From Oopsacas minuta (Eukaryota > Animalia > Porifera): a stretch of 64,000 bases of DNA. Made by a program: the position numbers and the translations under genes. Each line of letters opens with the position of its first letter. Position 1 is the stretch's first letter. Positions 1-13,474 of this stretch are shown piece by piece. A model generated the notes under the pieces. The model made no database searches and was not told the DNA's origin. It saw only the letters and a program-made list of their open reading frames with translations. The stretch covers positions 186,001-250,000 of the forward strand of contig JAKMXF010000365.1 of the NCBI GenBank assembly GCA_024704765.1. Direction: 5' to 3'.

Positions 1-3
1 TAG

Positions 4-300
4 GTTAGCGTGCCAATTGGGGCAACAGCTTTAGAAGCTATAGAACTAGCTGCAGGGCAAAACAGCCAGTATCGGTTTGGAGGCACTAACTTTGGGCCAG
101 GGCTCGGATGGCTGATCGACACATACAATGGACTCAGTAATGACCTCCAAGCTAACACCTGCTGGTTCTTCTTCATACGTCAACGGGGAGGAGAAGCGTT
201 TAAGCCCAACAAGGGGGTGAGTACCTATCTGCTGTCGGTTGAGGAGACCATTATTTCATTCAGGTACCGGGAAGACACGGAGTTTTGCATAGAATTCTAA
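4..300 (+). CDS. Terminal exon of a transcobalamin/intrinsic-factor beta-domain (DUF4430-like) protein; 5' part lies outside the window
   Basis: Acceptor-like TAG at 1-3, then VSVPIGATALEAI...GWLIDTYNGLSND...CWFFFI...GVSTYLL...IISFRY. This fits the cobalamin-binding beta-domain pattern (VSVPxGxT...INGL...YW.F...GV..Y...I.F.F). Confidence 0.6.
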   Translation, partial: VSVPIGATALEAIELAAGQNSQYRFGGTNFGPGLGWLIDTYNGLSNDLQANTCWFFFIRQRGGEAFKPNKGVSTYLLSVEETIISFRYREDTEFCIEF

Positions 301-1543
301 TTAAGAATCATAGTGTCTACAATTGTTATTATTTGTGTTTGTTAGAGTGTGATAAACTTGTTGTGTGATATTATATGTTTTCCCTCAGACATGGGAACCA
401 CAGGGGTATAGTTCCAATGCCCAATGGACCCATTTGACATACCCAAAGTGGTGTCGGCAAGTCTTGTGCCTTTAAATAATAATCAGGTATATAATCGGAT
501 AGAAATGTTATTGTTGATATATACATCTTAAGGTGGTTGTATGGACGAATCTTGCATTCCTATTACACAAGGATGTCGTCAAGCTTTGCTACATTCACGT
601 TTACATATTTGAAGAAATGTATCGAGGGCCAATGAGGCTAATATCCCGCCAAACTACTAAATCTTTAATTGTCAAGTATACGTTTATTACAGCTAGTATT
701 TTGAATCAACTGATTGCATCAACTGTAGCAGAATGTTAGGGCGGGGATTCTTTGCATGTTTGCTTTCTTTATTCAGATATTTTATTGATTATGTAACTAC
801 TAAGGTATACGATGAACAAAGGCATGACGGAAGAAAGTACAAAAGGAATTTAACACCTAAGAGCAATAGAAATATTACAGATGACATAGTGCTATAAAAT
901 GAGTATTTTTCATTTACTTTCAGCAAAAAAACTCTAACCAATATGAAATTCTAGAAGGGTACGAAGGTGTAGAATTGTTTTCTCTTTCGAATGGTGTGGA
1001 AATTTTGGCACCTTTGCTTTCATAATTTTTGCTAGAGGCCAGACAAATGTTTGACCAGTGTGAAATAATGACACTTTGTAGTTTTGGCTGCGGGGAGCTT
1101 AAGGAGAAAAAAAATTGTATAGGCAACCATTTCACTACTGGGTCACAATACTAAAGTATGTCAGCACAGTAAAACTTTGCAATCTCTAGAAAGGGTAAGG
1201 ATTCATTCAGGACTCCTTACGCAAGGTATCGAATGCTAAATTAGAATTTCAAACAAACTTGTGGTGAAAGAAAGCATTAACAACATTCCAAACTATGTTT
1301 ACACAGAGTTAAGAAAATATGATACAAAAAGTTGAGAAAATATGCTGTTTAGTGCCCTCAGCATACCTTTGTGCTTTCTGACGTACAATCAAGGTTAATA
1401 TATTAGATAAATAGGTGCTTCTGATACTCACAAAGAATATTCTAGGACACACTGCCATTTAGTATAAATACGAGTGTCACCTAGTGAATTGCCATAATCG
1501 CGACTAATCACCTAAATCAGCTGATACGATAATAAATATTACA

Positions 1544-1993
1544 ATGGCGGAAAGATATCCGAATCGGGGGCAGGAAAGAGCGCCCACTAATAGGGAGAAT
1601 AGGTGGATAGAAATATTGAAGCGGAGAAATGAAATCATGAGGGAGCAAATCGAATACTTTATAAATAGCACGATCAGGAAGGCACACGAAATTGTGGATT
1701 GGTTTAAAGAAAAGGGCATACTTATTATTAAAACTAAATTTCAAGAGAAAGAGCCGCAAGCAAAAAAAATATACAACAAAATCGAAGATCTCCAAGCCGA
1801 ATTAGACGTGCTATTAGTTACTTGTGAAGACAGAACAGCCAGTGCGGAGGAAGCTGAGATGATAGAGCAGATTATACAACAGATAGGAGTAGAAGAATGC
1901 AAATTCCAAGACACGATACCTGATATCAAATCTTACCTAGATGGGCAGGCATTACGCGAAGTGTTGAAAGAAGATCTTCCTTTCGAAGATTAG
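1544..1993 (+). CDS. Hypothetical helical/coiled-coil protein, 149 aa
   Basis: ATG-started uninterrupted ORF with E/K/I-rich, protein-like composition in AT-rich surroundings. No family recognised. Confidence 0.55.
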   Translation: MAERYPNRGQERAPTNRENRWIEILKRRNEIMREQIEYFINSTIRKAHEIVDWFKEKGILIIKTKFQEKEPQAKKIYNKIEDLQAELDVLLVTCEDRTASAEEAEMIEQIIQQIGVEECKFQDTIPDIKSYLDGQALREVLKEDLPFED

Positions 1994-3521
1994 AAAGACA
2001 CACAATCACTTAATAATGAATTATTTGTAATAGGTAGCAGTTTTGTTTTCATATTCGTATATTTATGATAAATAAATATATGAATATTTCCGGAATTATC
2101 ATTCTCATTGGGGGGGGGGGTAATGAGCAATACCAATTACAATTGAATTGGATTAACTACAACTGAAATTCGAGAATTAAAACACCTCTCCCCTCTGAGA
2201 GAGGTGTGAAATGTCTGACCTATCAGATATGAGGGTTTACATTGTATTGGAGGAAATGGAATACATTAAGATTGTTAAAATAAGATATTTTACGTATGAC
2301 ATAATTAGTTATCTTAAGATAGAAAACACACAAAGAAAACGAATTTCTTAGCACATTTGTAAAAGTAACGCATGACAGATTCCATCCAAACGGTGATAAT
2401 TATATCTAAATTTAGCACAGCTATATAACAATAAATATTCCATAGAAACCTCTGTTAATAAAGGGAAGATTTCAATGCTAATGTTTATGACGTAATAATA
2501 AGCAAGTTTACCAAAAATAGAGGTTAGTAATCTGACAAAATCAGTTTAATGAATATTAGGATTCTGAGTTTAATAGTAGCCTTTGAAAGAAACTTTATTC
2601 GAGTTATAAGATCATCATATGGGGAGATGGCGAGAAGAGTGATAAACGAATTGTCATTCCTAAAGCCCAATAGTGTTGCTATGTAAAATACAGAGAACAG
2701 TGAATGCTGGTACACTTTTGTATAATTCACATTGGAAATTGTTTGATTTTCCATATTTAGTAATTTCTCGAATCATCAAATTCAATCCTGGAAACTAAAA
2801 ATACAAATCTAATGTAATGAAAGAATGAAAAGGAACGCGATTGGAGCTGGAGTGTGGTCCTTTTCTCAGTAAGGAGCGGAGGTGGGAATCGCCCCCTACA
2901 TAGATCCATGGTTCCAATTTGATTCCCCATTGAGAGAGGACAATTTTCTAAGTTCTTTCTCAATGGAATAATCTATGGCCAACTAAATAATAGCTCAAAC
3001 AGCTGATGTTATACTCACATATACATGTGAATATTCGTAAGACAGTGTAATGACACAAATCTCTAGAACATATGAGAATAGATATAATCAGGAGTTGGGA
3101 GCATGTCACCTAGCTCATAAACAAGTTAGTATATTTGATTTATCAACTAATAACCACAAGACAGTAAGGCTAGTATAGCAAATCTACAATATTAATACAA
3201 ACTTTGGGAAAGATTGTAATTTGTATAAAACATCATAATATAGTGGATCATAGCCAATGCGAAGGGGGCTTAATTGGACCAACAGTGCCCCTGTCCCCTC
3301 TTTATGGAGTCGTATATCTGGATAAGTATTCCGCCTGTACAGGACAATAAAATATAAACTATTGGAATACTAATTTAATAAAATCTGTAATAATTGTTTG
3401 GATAATGCAAACACATAAAGGTAGAATAATTGAGAGATGAAAAGATAAAAAGATAAAATGGAGTGATTGTGTCTCAAAGTGACTCAAACTAATGGCGCGT
3501 AAAAAACAGATATCTGCCCAC

Positions 3522-6500
3522 TTATAAAGGAAAATCCGGTGTAAACGCGCGTATTTCTGGAAATCTTTGTTTATACTTGTTGCTAACGTTGAAGTGATGG
3601 AATGAAGAAGGACTTGGACTAGTGGGTGGGTGCAAGAGGATCCCTTTGGAATTTACCCGCACAGGAAGCGGAGGAATGTTCAAATTTGTAATAGTAGAGT
3701 GGGAACGGGGGAGAGTTGAACTGGGGTATTTATTTTTAATTAAAGGTTCAGAAAATAAGGAATGAGTTGGGTGTTGGCTCCAATTTCTTGGTTGGAATGA
3801 GTAAGCTAGTGAATGGGAGGTTCCAATTGAGGGAGACGATTGCATATGAGAGGGCTTATAGCTGGATAAATTGTCCCGAGAGAACATATTGTGCCCGTTT
3901 AGTGGCACCTCATATGGCATAGCTGTAGGCTCCCAAAATTGCCTAGGGGGGGGCGATCCCTCATCCGATCCAAAAGTATTTGTTTCAGTTTGATGGTAGT
4001 CTAATTTCTTGAGTTTTCTAGCGTATATTGATATTTTAATACAGAATAAAGTAATGAGAACTCCCAAGCAGCAAAATAGAGTTGAAGACAGCAAAACTCC
4101 AACTATGAGATATTCTATGAAAATTGGAGGTAGCGGAATCAAAGGAAATAGATTGTCTGTCAAATCTACAAGCAAATATTGGGTAATAACATTGAAAAGT
4201 AAATTCCCAGGAGGATACACAAGGACACTGAAGTTCAAGGGTTTATCTATGTGCTTAGCAAACACAAACAAGTGTCAGTTCAGTAGCCATGAAGGACACA
4301 AAGTGTCGAACGTGGACTCCAATTAGCACAGGATCACTATGTTGCCACCCAAAAGAGTGCAACCCCATGCAGCTATAGTCAATTGACCACCAAGTGATGT
4401 ATGCAGCTAGGTCAGTATACTACACACTATAATTTCAATGTTATATACCTATTGGATCATCTGTTGTCATGGTAATTAGTGTTGTTGTATCAATAGCTGT
4501 TGTATTTATTGTGGGTGAAGTTATATTTGTAGAGTATAGAGTTCCATTGTTGGTAGAAACTGTTACTAAAATTAGAATATATAAATTTGATCTGAACACG
4601 ACACATTTGTGTAAAATTTCTTACCGTCTGGAAGTTTGTATTGTGGTGGACAATCCCAAACCTCTCCGGTAGTGTAATTGTATAAGAAATGATCACCACT
4701 ATAAATAGTAAACAAGTAAACAAACAAGTAAACAAATAGGTGAATATACTAACTAACCTTTTATTGACGTTATAAATAGATACACATTGTTGTTGTTTAC
4801 AACTGAATACACAATATGGATCCATTGATTCAACACATTCTCTATGGAATAGATACATTAAGTATTGACCAGATAGATTGACGAACTTGCAAGAGCTACA
4901 AACTTAAAATATAGCCTGTAAGTGTCGGGTCGTGTATTTAAAATATATACAAAATCAAACAAAAATAGCCACACATCTCTGAGATAGGAGACTACTTGTA
5001 CTCTTGTCCAAATATTAACTTACTCGGCAGAATTGTAGTTGAAACATGATTGGAGAGGTATTTTGTGAATTCCTGATTTTGTACCCACAATAATTCCTTC
5101 CTAGAAACAAATAAGTTTTGATATCCATAGTCCAGTAATGCATTAAAGAAAATCTGAATATTCTGCAATATTCGCTAACCTGAGATCGCTTTTGCATATT
5201 TTTGTATAACTTCATTTCTGTTACAAATAGTTCTGTTGTATCTTTAACCTAATTATATTAGTGTGCGTGAATAGGTGTGAAAAATGTATATGCATATGAA
5301 TAATACTCACTATCATTGTTGTTGATATCAGATGGGAGCTTGAGCTTCTGTGTGAATTGTAGTTAACACGATGTAGCATTATGTCAACTAAGATAAAGAG
5401 GTGAGTATCGTTGTTGACTTGTTTGTTTGTTTATTCGTGTGTTTATTAGTGTGTTTGTTTGTTGTATAATCACACATTTAACATACTTGTTGACTCATAA
5501 GATATAGCTAGAATAAACATTACTTCTGTGTAAACGCCATCAAATGAAACAACACTATCGACCACTATTTTCACAAACCTAAAAGAAAATTCATAATAAG
5601 AATTTGTGACACCATTTGTGACATTGAAACATTGCAATACATACTTTTGGTTGTTAAGGTGGAACAGGGGTTCAGGCTGATGAGCTTGCCTTACAGAAAA
5701 TTGCATAATAACATCCCTTCTTGCCTCTTCCGTAGTCCGGATAGGATCAGCTTCACACTAAAAGTAGCAAAAGATCACAACTTAATCCCTAATTATTCAT
5801 AAATAACTTACATTAATATCTCCTTTCTCAGAGCTGAAACCCCAGGAATACGCAGATTCTTCGGTAATGTATCTGCCGCGAAATGCTTTAACCAAGTCAA
5901 AGTCATTCTTATCAAATGTGTAAACACAAACAGCTGATCCAACAGGTCCGTTTCTAAATATGAATAAAATATGTAAATACAGTGTAACCTCCACACACGG
6001 GGCAGGACTCCGAAAAATATTCCCCCGTGTTTGTGGAGATTGATTTGTATGGGACTAGGAATTGGCTCTATTTATTTTTCACTCCGTTTCCACAGATCAT
6101 GGAGGTTTCAATTTATGTATTACAGCCTATGGGTTGGGAACAGCTGATCTAGGTGTTCTAATATTAGTGATAATCTAATTAACTTACAAAGGAGAGGAGA
6201 ATATAGCATACACCTGCTCAAACGGTAGTGTGTTATGTTCAAAAGCTCCAGAAAATTTGTATGTATCTTCTAAACAATTGAGAATAATATAAATAGTGTG
6301 AAGTGGGTCTATTTGACCCAAGGGTGTCTGGAATTTTAGCAAACGTGTGGAATGTGAAAATTCAAAAATGAAAGCGACTCACGTAATTCATTGTAATGGT
6401 ACGGAGGTGTTTGAGAGGTTTGTTGGTATACACAGCTGATTCTAGCTTTCTGGAAAGACAGGAAATGATTTTCCTCACCTCCAGATCCCAAATCATTCTA

Positions 6501-9500
6501 CAGAAAGCAAATATTATAAAAACAAATTCATTTTTTCCAATCAATGAATCTCCAATGACATAACTCCAATACACATGGTTCTATTCGTTGTATGAAAACC
6601 TCCAAAAGTAACACCTTTCTCGGTCCCCTACACACAATGGCTTGAAAAGTAAACACCTCTCATATGTGAACATTTTGACTGTTCCCAGGGTGTTTGCTTA
6701 CTGAAGGTTTTAGTGTCGTGACTGATAGTTAACGCTACAATGATATACAGCTGATGATTTCTCAATGATTAGAATAGAGGTTAATGTATGCGCGCTAAAT
6801 CAATTATCACATCTAGGTGTGAATTCGTACAACACGTATATTTAATTCTACTGCCAATTAGATTCTACATAAAAGTACATACCTTGCATATCCTAGCAAC
6901 ACGGCTATAAATCTGCACATTCTAAAAATAGATACAAAATGAAAATACGGAACAGAGCTCTGGATTGAATAATGTCAAATTACCTGTGATATTCGTGTGG
7001 ATACTTCGACTGCTTTTTCACGAAGAAAAATATATACAAAATTTCCTTCTTGATACATACTCACAACTTGCGCTTCTACAAAAGAATATTTGGTGAATAC
7101 GGAACCAATTTCCTTCCAATGTATTTCTAATGATAAATGAATATCTCTAACCGCCAAAGACAACCAAATAAGAACTGAAATTAATAGTTATTATTCTGAA
7201 TATTGCTGACTCCAAAGGTTCGTTGAAGACAAAGCAATGGAACAAATGAAAACCATAAACCCACAATTATTAATTGTAAATTTGCAATATGAACTATTAC
7301 ATTCATATGTGAATCTAACACGTCAAATATTATGAACTAGTAATGAGAATTTTAGGTAAGAGCTACAGACGTGAAAATTTCCATGTGTGTGGATCTTGTG
7401 AAGTCTGGCAACAGAATTAAATTTCTAAGCGAAACCTCCTAAAATATCTGAGATATGCGACAATATATATTCGACCAATAAAATTTGAATGTTGATGGTC
7501 CGCACAGTGAAAAATCAAAGCGTGCAAGTACGCACAAAAAATAACAAATTTCATTCACCGTTGAGCCAGAGAGAAGTCTGAAAAAATTTTCTTGTTCTTA
7601 TCAGCGAATCTGAAGAGAGAGGCAATAGGTGTTTACTGATGACGTAATCCTCTCCCAAACCTTCTTGCCTGAATGTAAAGAGGTCACCAGTGTCTAAAAG
7701 ATGAATATTTAAAAAAGCATCCCTTGAAAAATGGTAAGAGATATAGGCTTCAATTCGGTGTGTAAGTGTGAAGTGGCGTGATTGGGTAACAAAATTATCT
7801 AACAAAAATCTCTACAATTCTCTAAGAAAAGGTGACAAAATGTTTTGACAACTCACATTTGAGGTTTTACCAAGTATGTTATTCTATTGGTCAAATGAAT
7901 GTAGAAGTTTATATGACACGAATTCTAACACCTTTCTGAGAATGCTAATTGATATATTTTACTAAAATACTCATAAACACTTACTTGTAAACAGATCAGC
8001 TGACTGATACTGGTTCTCTGAAGATATATAATTATCTCCGTTGAATGAGTGTATAGCTTCGAAAGTGTTAACCTTATTAACCAAAAATATACATAAATGC
8101 AATACAAATATAGTGTCAAATTAATCATATAACTATCATGCTATCGATGACATAAATTGAGAAGAAAGTCCGCCGTCTAATCATGCAATAACGATAAATA
8201 GATTAGTAAACTGATCTAACATAACGCCACAATGATACCCAAATCCTGTGTCTACCGCATCAATATATCGCTATCAGCACTAATTTACATTAACGTATAC
8301 GTGCGTATATTTAATATTGAAATTCAGTGCTCATAAATATTTAGTTCGGGTTTATTGAGAAACTGGGAAGAGCTACAAACTTGATATTTGGTTTGAGTAT
8401 AGAATATGAGGTACCTAGGTAGTATTTTAAAAATCTATGAGAAATATCAAAAAGTCTCTGAGATAGGTGACAAAATATCTTGACCTATAGGAATTGAGTG
8501 TTTAACTGATTATCCAGCTGATAGTTATACTCAAAGCCTATCTGAGACTGAAAATTGATTGGCTTAGAGCATTGGTTCTCAATCTTTTTCTTCCGCGGAC
8601 CTCTTTGGTCCATTTTATGGGGTCTACGGACCCCTGCCAATAAACATAACGAAACATTTTAGGGCTGCGGGCCCCAGGTTGAGAACCACTGGCTTAGAGG
8701 AATACATTACATATGATTGAAATAATTTCTACATACAACTGATACGAAGTGCCCCGAGCGAGCTTTCGGGACACAATATGTTCGCAGTTAGCGCAGCGCA
8801 AGCAAGCGAAACGATCAGTTATTGCCTTGGAACTTGACTTACGTCTCTGAAACTGCATTGAGGGGAGTATGCATTAGTTGAACAAGTGAATATTGTTTCA
8901 TTTTGTCTCCTCTGTGTACCGGATAATATCTGGTGACTTGTTGGGATTAACATTATAGAGAAATCATTGTGACAATACTCCTAAAAGAATTTTCCTGATT
9001 TAAGTACAATTATTCGTTGTAAATTTAATTCCATACTTTAGAGTGTAACCTTAAATGCTATCCAATTTCCACAGCCCCTTATGTGGAGGTTACACTGTGT
9101 AAAGTTGACTCAGCTTAATCGGGGAAATTGGACAATCAATCTCCCCCGATTAAGCAAATCGACTGTCAAATAGCAGCAGTAATTAGCTGAGTAATATTGA
9201 ATTAACAATAAAGTTGGAATAATTAACTAAAAACGTTAATTAGATTAGTTCATAAGATAATACAGGACAGCTATGAATAATTACTTACAGATGGCCATCC
9301 ATTCCTAATACACTGATTGTAGTCCGAATCTGAAGGTGTTACATCCTATATAACATTATAATTATTAAATCAAAAATGAAAATACACTCAGCTCCCAACT
9401 CCCATTATATTGAAGGTCAAAGGACGGCAATAATTACTCAGATATACCTGATGTAATATTGTTACTGTTTGGAACCATATTTGTACAACTTCACACTTTG

Positions 9501-9700
9501 ATATAACTGGAGTTGTTAAAAGGATCGCCAAATGAAATCAACAGTTTCAATTAATTCGAAATTAGCCTAACGTATGCATTCTTTAGGTGTATATATGTAA
9601 CTATGGTTACAAAATTGTAACAATAATATTTTGGCAGATATCATAAACAAATCACCCAAGAAGTCATTAATAATAATTTGTTTATATGATTAATCTGTGG
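3522..9700 (-). CDS. Transmembrane semaphorin (Sema-PSI-probable Ig-TM-Pro/Ser-rich tail), about 15 or more exons; 5' end not resolved
   Basis: Phase-compatible GT-AG exons give Sema motifs: EYCHNDF...IFTCSTNAYSPQC (8843-8980), SLWLN|EAQVVS...FVYIFLREKAVE, IYSRVARICK (6883-6921)|NDLG...FQKARISC...PYHYNEL (6383-6497), GSAVCVY...FRGRY, FVKIVVD...VMFI. A PSI motif ECVESMDPYCVF lies at ~4790-4850; the TM segment and tail are in the last exon ending at 3522. Confidence 0.9.
5980..6047. mobile_element. Tiny TA-flanked Tc1/pogo-type MITE in a semaphorin intron
   Basis: TA|CAGTGTAACCTCCACACACGGGG ... CCCCGTGTTTGTGGAGATTGATTTG|TA, imperfect terminal inverted repeats. A related element lies at ~9042-9097 (AGTGTAACCT...AGGTTACACT). 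Confidence 0.6.
8570..8691. mobile_element. hAT (Charlie-like) MITE, 122 bp
   Basis: TIRs CATTGGTTCTCAA / TTGAGAACCACTG, flanked by a perfect 8-bp TSD GCTTAGAG (8562-8569 and 8692-8699). Confidence 0.9.
9103..9166. mobile_element. Small palindromic MITE-like element
   Basis: AGTTGACTCAGCTTAATCGGGGA ... CCCCCGATTAAGCAAATCGACTG, imperfect inverted repeat. Confidence 0.5.
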
Positions 9701-10043
9701 TGAATCTAATAGAAAGATTCCATAGCATATTTGAACTGATAAAAACCCTTTCCTCTTAAAATTCCATAAATTAGATTTCAATAGAATGAAATGCGATACA
9801 CATAAGTAACAATCATAGTGAATCAGAGCCATTATGTCTAGCGAAGTTACACTGAACCCTGGGGCAGATGATAATCAAGTAAATATAAGTAACCAGATAC
9901 TGCCAGTACATTTACGTAGTGATAATGAAGTGCTGTTGGGATGTATCTAGTCTATACACAGGAATGGATACTCCCTTAAAGCACTATACCTCAATACTCA
10001 TGAGTATACATAGTTCATAGACTTGGCTAGACAATATCTAGAC

Positions 10044-10098
10044 CAGAGATGGAACTGGTCAGCTTTTTCATGATCCGACCCGACCGGTTCCATCTCTG
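10044..10098. mobile_element. hAT-type MITE, 55 bp
   Basis: TIRs CAGAGATGGAACTGGTC / GACCGGTTCCATCTCTG, flanked by a perfect 8-bp TSD ATCTAGAC (10036-10043 and 10099-10106). Confidence 0.85.
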
Positions 10099-10932
10099 AT
10101 CTAGACTATAGCTAGACATCTGAAAATAGGGCGAATTGAATTGACTTTGCAAACTCAGGGTGTGAAGTAATTCAAATGAGTATTAGTTACACATAGCAAA
10201 AATGAATCAAAGGAACTGTATAGGGTAATCTTCAAATCTGATTGGTCAAAAGATTTTGGCGCCTTTCTCAGAGAGTTTGGAAGAGATCGGATAGATACAT
10301 GAGTAAGTTCTTGTATTCACTATAGTCCATGTGTTTACCAAATTTCAAGCTCCTAACATTTCCCAATTCTGAAAAGCATTCGTTGAAAATGTATCTAAAA
10401 TTCTAAGACTTCTTTCACATTTGAATAGCTAATAGCATATGAATGTATACAGACACACTGCTAGCCAATACAGAACTGATAAAGCCAAATAGAGATAATC
10501 ACAATTCAAGTGCTAATCAGAAACCTGTATTACCATTAAAGCTATTGAAAAAGATATGAATTTATGTAAATTCCTGAATTGTTCAGAAAAAAGCGCCAAA
10601 TGAAACCCTCCATAATTGCAGAGTAATTGTAACGGTAATAAGGATTTGACAGTTTGTAAAATAACGAGTTACGTTATCGTGTCAGAATTTTGAGAGTTTA
10701 AAAGTGTAAAAAAAACGCTAATTGAATTGATAAATCAAATGAGATCTTCTCGTTAACGAGGTGACAATCCATATATCGTGTTCATTGCCTTTAACTCACG
10801 AACCCACGTAAACCACTCTCATGTTTACAAGTCAACTCTCTTGAAAACATATCGAAGATATTAAAATATCAAAGACATATTACTGTAGTTAAGGAAATAT
10901 ATTCATTGAAAGGGACTGAAAATTATGTGCAA

Positions 10933-10973
10933 GTGACCGTTATACAGAGGTGGTCGTTAAGCAGGTTTGACTG
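10933..10973. mobile_element. One end of a CAGTCAAACCTG-family TA-flanked MITE
   Basis: GTGACCGTTATACAGAGGTGGTCGTTAAGCAGGTTTGACTG|TA is a near-match reverse complement of the element end at 15845. Confidence 0.65.
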
Positions 10974-13474
10974 TAGTCACAGTGTTTAAGAGTGTCAGAA
11001 AAGTGTCAGAAAAGTAGCAAATTGTGTCAGAGCTAACCAGTGCACACCGAAATGTAATTTGCTTTGTAATGAGAACTGTTCAATAACATTTTGAAATGCT
11101 TAAGTGCATAAAGATAAGTAAAGGCTTACTTGAAAATTAGAAATCTCTGTAAAATCTGAATTTATCCTCAATATCAAATTTCTAAGTGGAAATAGATTAA
11201 AACAATATACATCTGCACACATAACACACAAATAATGAATAGATTAGCATGTGATTAATATGAATATGTTATATGTTAATCAAAAGATAAGACAATCTTT
11301 CAATATATTAAATCAGTAATACATAAGTATACTTGGATAAGACATTGAGGCATGCCCGTGGGACAGCTACTGATCTCGTAACAATAATAAATAAACATTC
11401 GGTGAAAGACAAGTAGAAAGAACTCAATAAAATGAAGAGCAAGTCGACAGAATCTGTAATTAGATTAAGTAATAATTGAGTCTATGTGAAATTGCTTATC
11501 AAACTGTTCTATTCGTGCTATGTCTATACATTAATGCATACACAGTGAAATATACAGATTTGTACATTGCTAGCTTTCAATAGTTTCGGATTAGGCTGGG
11601 TATCTCGAATATAGAGGATATGTACGACTAAAACGTGGCGATATCACATTAAAAATATCCTTCCAAGTGCCCCAGATAATGGGAACAACACTTCCTATGA
11701 TAGAACATGATTTTGTCCCGGGTTTGCTATTTCAAACATACATTATACATATCCCATCTGCTACTTATGAATAATTAATAAACTGGATATATCATATGCA
11801 GCTGTCTGCAATTTTCTATTTTAAGCATATCAGTATTTATTGACACACAATATACTCTCATTATGGAAAATACCACTCAATTCATGCTAGACAGAATGGA
11901 ATACTATCGCATTTATCAAACTCCGCTGAGTCCGAAGATACTCGCAGGGCTTCGCTATTCCTGTAAACACAGAATAACTAGCTATAATGGGTTCCTTACG
12001 AATGGATCACCCAATTTAGAAAGACATAAAGTATTCAAACAAGATAGAATCCGCCGAAACCCGTTGATATAGCCATAATGTTTCCTTTTAGAATATAACA
12101 AGGGTAAATATTTTGTTGTTTCATACAAATAAACAAACAAACAAACAAACCTTGCGCCAACAATCACGTTACTTTCTTCAAGAATAATTCTATCTAGAAA
12201 ATACACAAATTAAAATACTAAGCTGAATTAATCACTTTAATAGCCACTCCGTCTCGATATGGTGCGGGAAAATGGAACGCTTCAACTTTGTTTTCAACAC
12301 CCTTGAGTAAGGGTTTGTTGCAATTAACCAGAACCAATTAACACTATTACTTGGTTAAGTTCCTGATGGAATGAGTGGAGTATACTGTCTCAGATTTTTC
12401 CAATCTTAACATTTTGAAAATGAATGAAAAATTTTATGGAATTTGAAGTAGAACACATAATTAGACATTTCTAGTCAAGGTGTTAGAAATACAAATAATC
12501 AAAATTGATAGTTATGACTGAACGTAAAACATCACAGGAGGCGAATTGGGTGTGACAGGCACATACTGCCTTCGAAAAATCAAAGTTGTCACAAACAACT
12601 TACCAGGAGATGTAACAGGGTAGAAGAAATTTGCATAAACAAGATCCAAATATACAAACACACAAATATATCTCAAAATAAACATATCAACAAGCTATTA
12701 TCATAAATATCAACTAGCAAGTAAGATACAGTTTATATAGAAAGTTAGTGAACACATAGGCACATATGTCTGTAGTAATGTATTAGCTAATAATTACACG
12801 CATAATATGGATACAGTAGTAATTGTTGGATTTCTAATTGACAATGATTCGGCTGTTGGAATATATGTGGGGGAAATGGTTGCTGGGGTGGTGAGGGGTA
12901 CTGTCTGGGTATCGACCCCCGGGGAAGGAACGGTAGGGGTGCAGAGGGGGCTTAAAACCCGTTCCTGTGTGAGAGAATGGTTCATGAGGTCATGTTATGA
13001 CTGACAAAAATATTTGTATTATCAAAAAGATTCAATTTTCGTAAAAATCGCAATTCTGGAAAATACATTTCTAGAATATTCGGGGCAAAGTCCCGCAGAG
13101 ATAAACATTCAACAGCTTGAAGCGTTCCCAAAGTCTTAAAACCATGAATATGTATTCATAATTGGCATTAAATGTCGAGAACCTATAACAACAAAAGAAA
13201 AGTGATCGTTGAAGTGGCATAAACCACCTAGCAAGTGATGACTCAAATTCCTCTGAATATGCAAGAGAAAGCAATTAAATTATAATGTTTGTAAGGAGAC
13301 GTGGTAATCATATACGTAATATATAAGGCAAAATACATAGCAACCAATTGGGTTAATGTTATGCATAAGATTTATCAATACGGTTAATTACTTGCCAATC
13401 AAATCACATTATCAATCTTCTGGAAAGCAAAGTAATAGAAATTATTATGTGAGAATTTTCTTGATTATCAAAGA

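Noticed and set aside
1080-1400. Stop-interrupted ORF-like stretch (NIPNYVYTELRKYDTKS*ENMLF)
   Set aside because: No identifiable homology; too degraded.
2545-3110. Long single frame with protein-like stretches (GAGVWSFSQ*GAEVGIAPYIDPWFQFD)
   Set aside because: Many stops and no recognisable family; may be a relic but cannot be supported.
4009-4672. Plus-strand ORFs here and antisense ORFs over filamin, CHMP2B, MFSD1, kinesin, LRP-like and Rap genes
   Set aside because: Shadow frames of well-supported genes on the other strand or frame.
8739-8819. GC-rich hairpin (GTGCCCCGAGCGAGCTTTCGGGACAC), tRNA or ncRNA candidate
   Set aside because: No cloverleaf or TTCRA T-loop; more likely a transposon-end remnant.
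11250-13274. Possible minus-strand exons (hydrophobic 11300-11460, Thr/Pro-rich 12794-12985, 13071-13200)
   Set aside because: Could not be joined in phase or assigned to the semaphorin 5' end.
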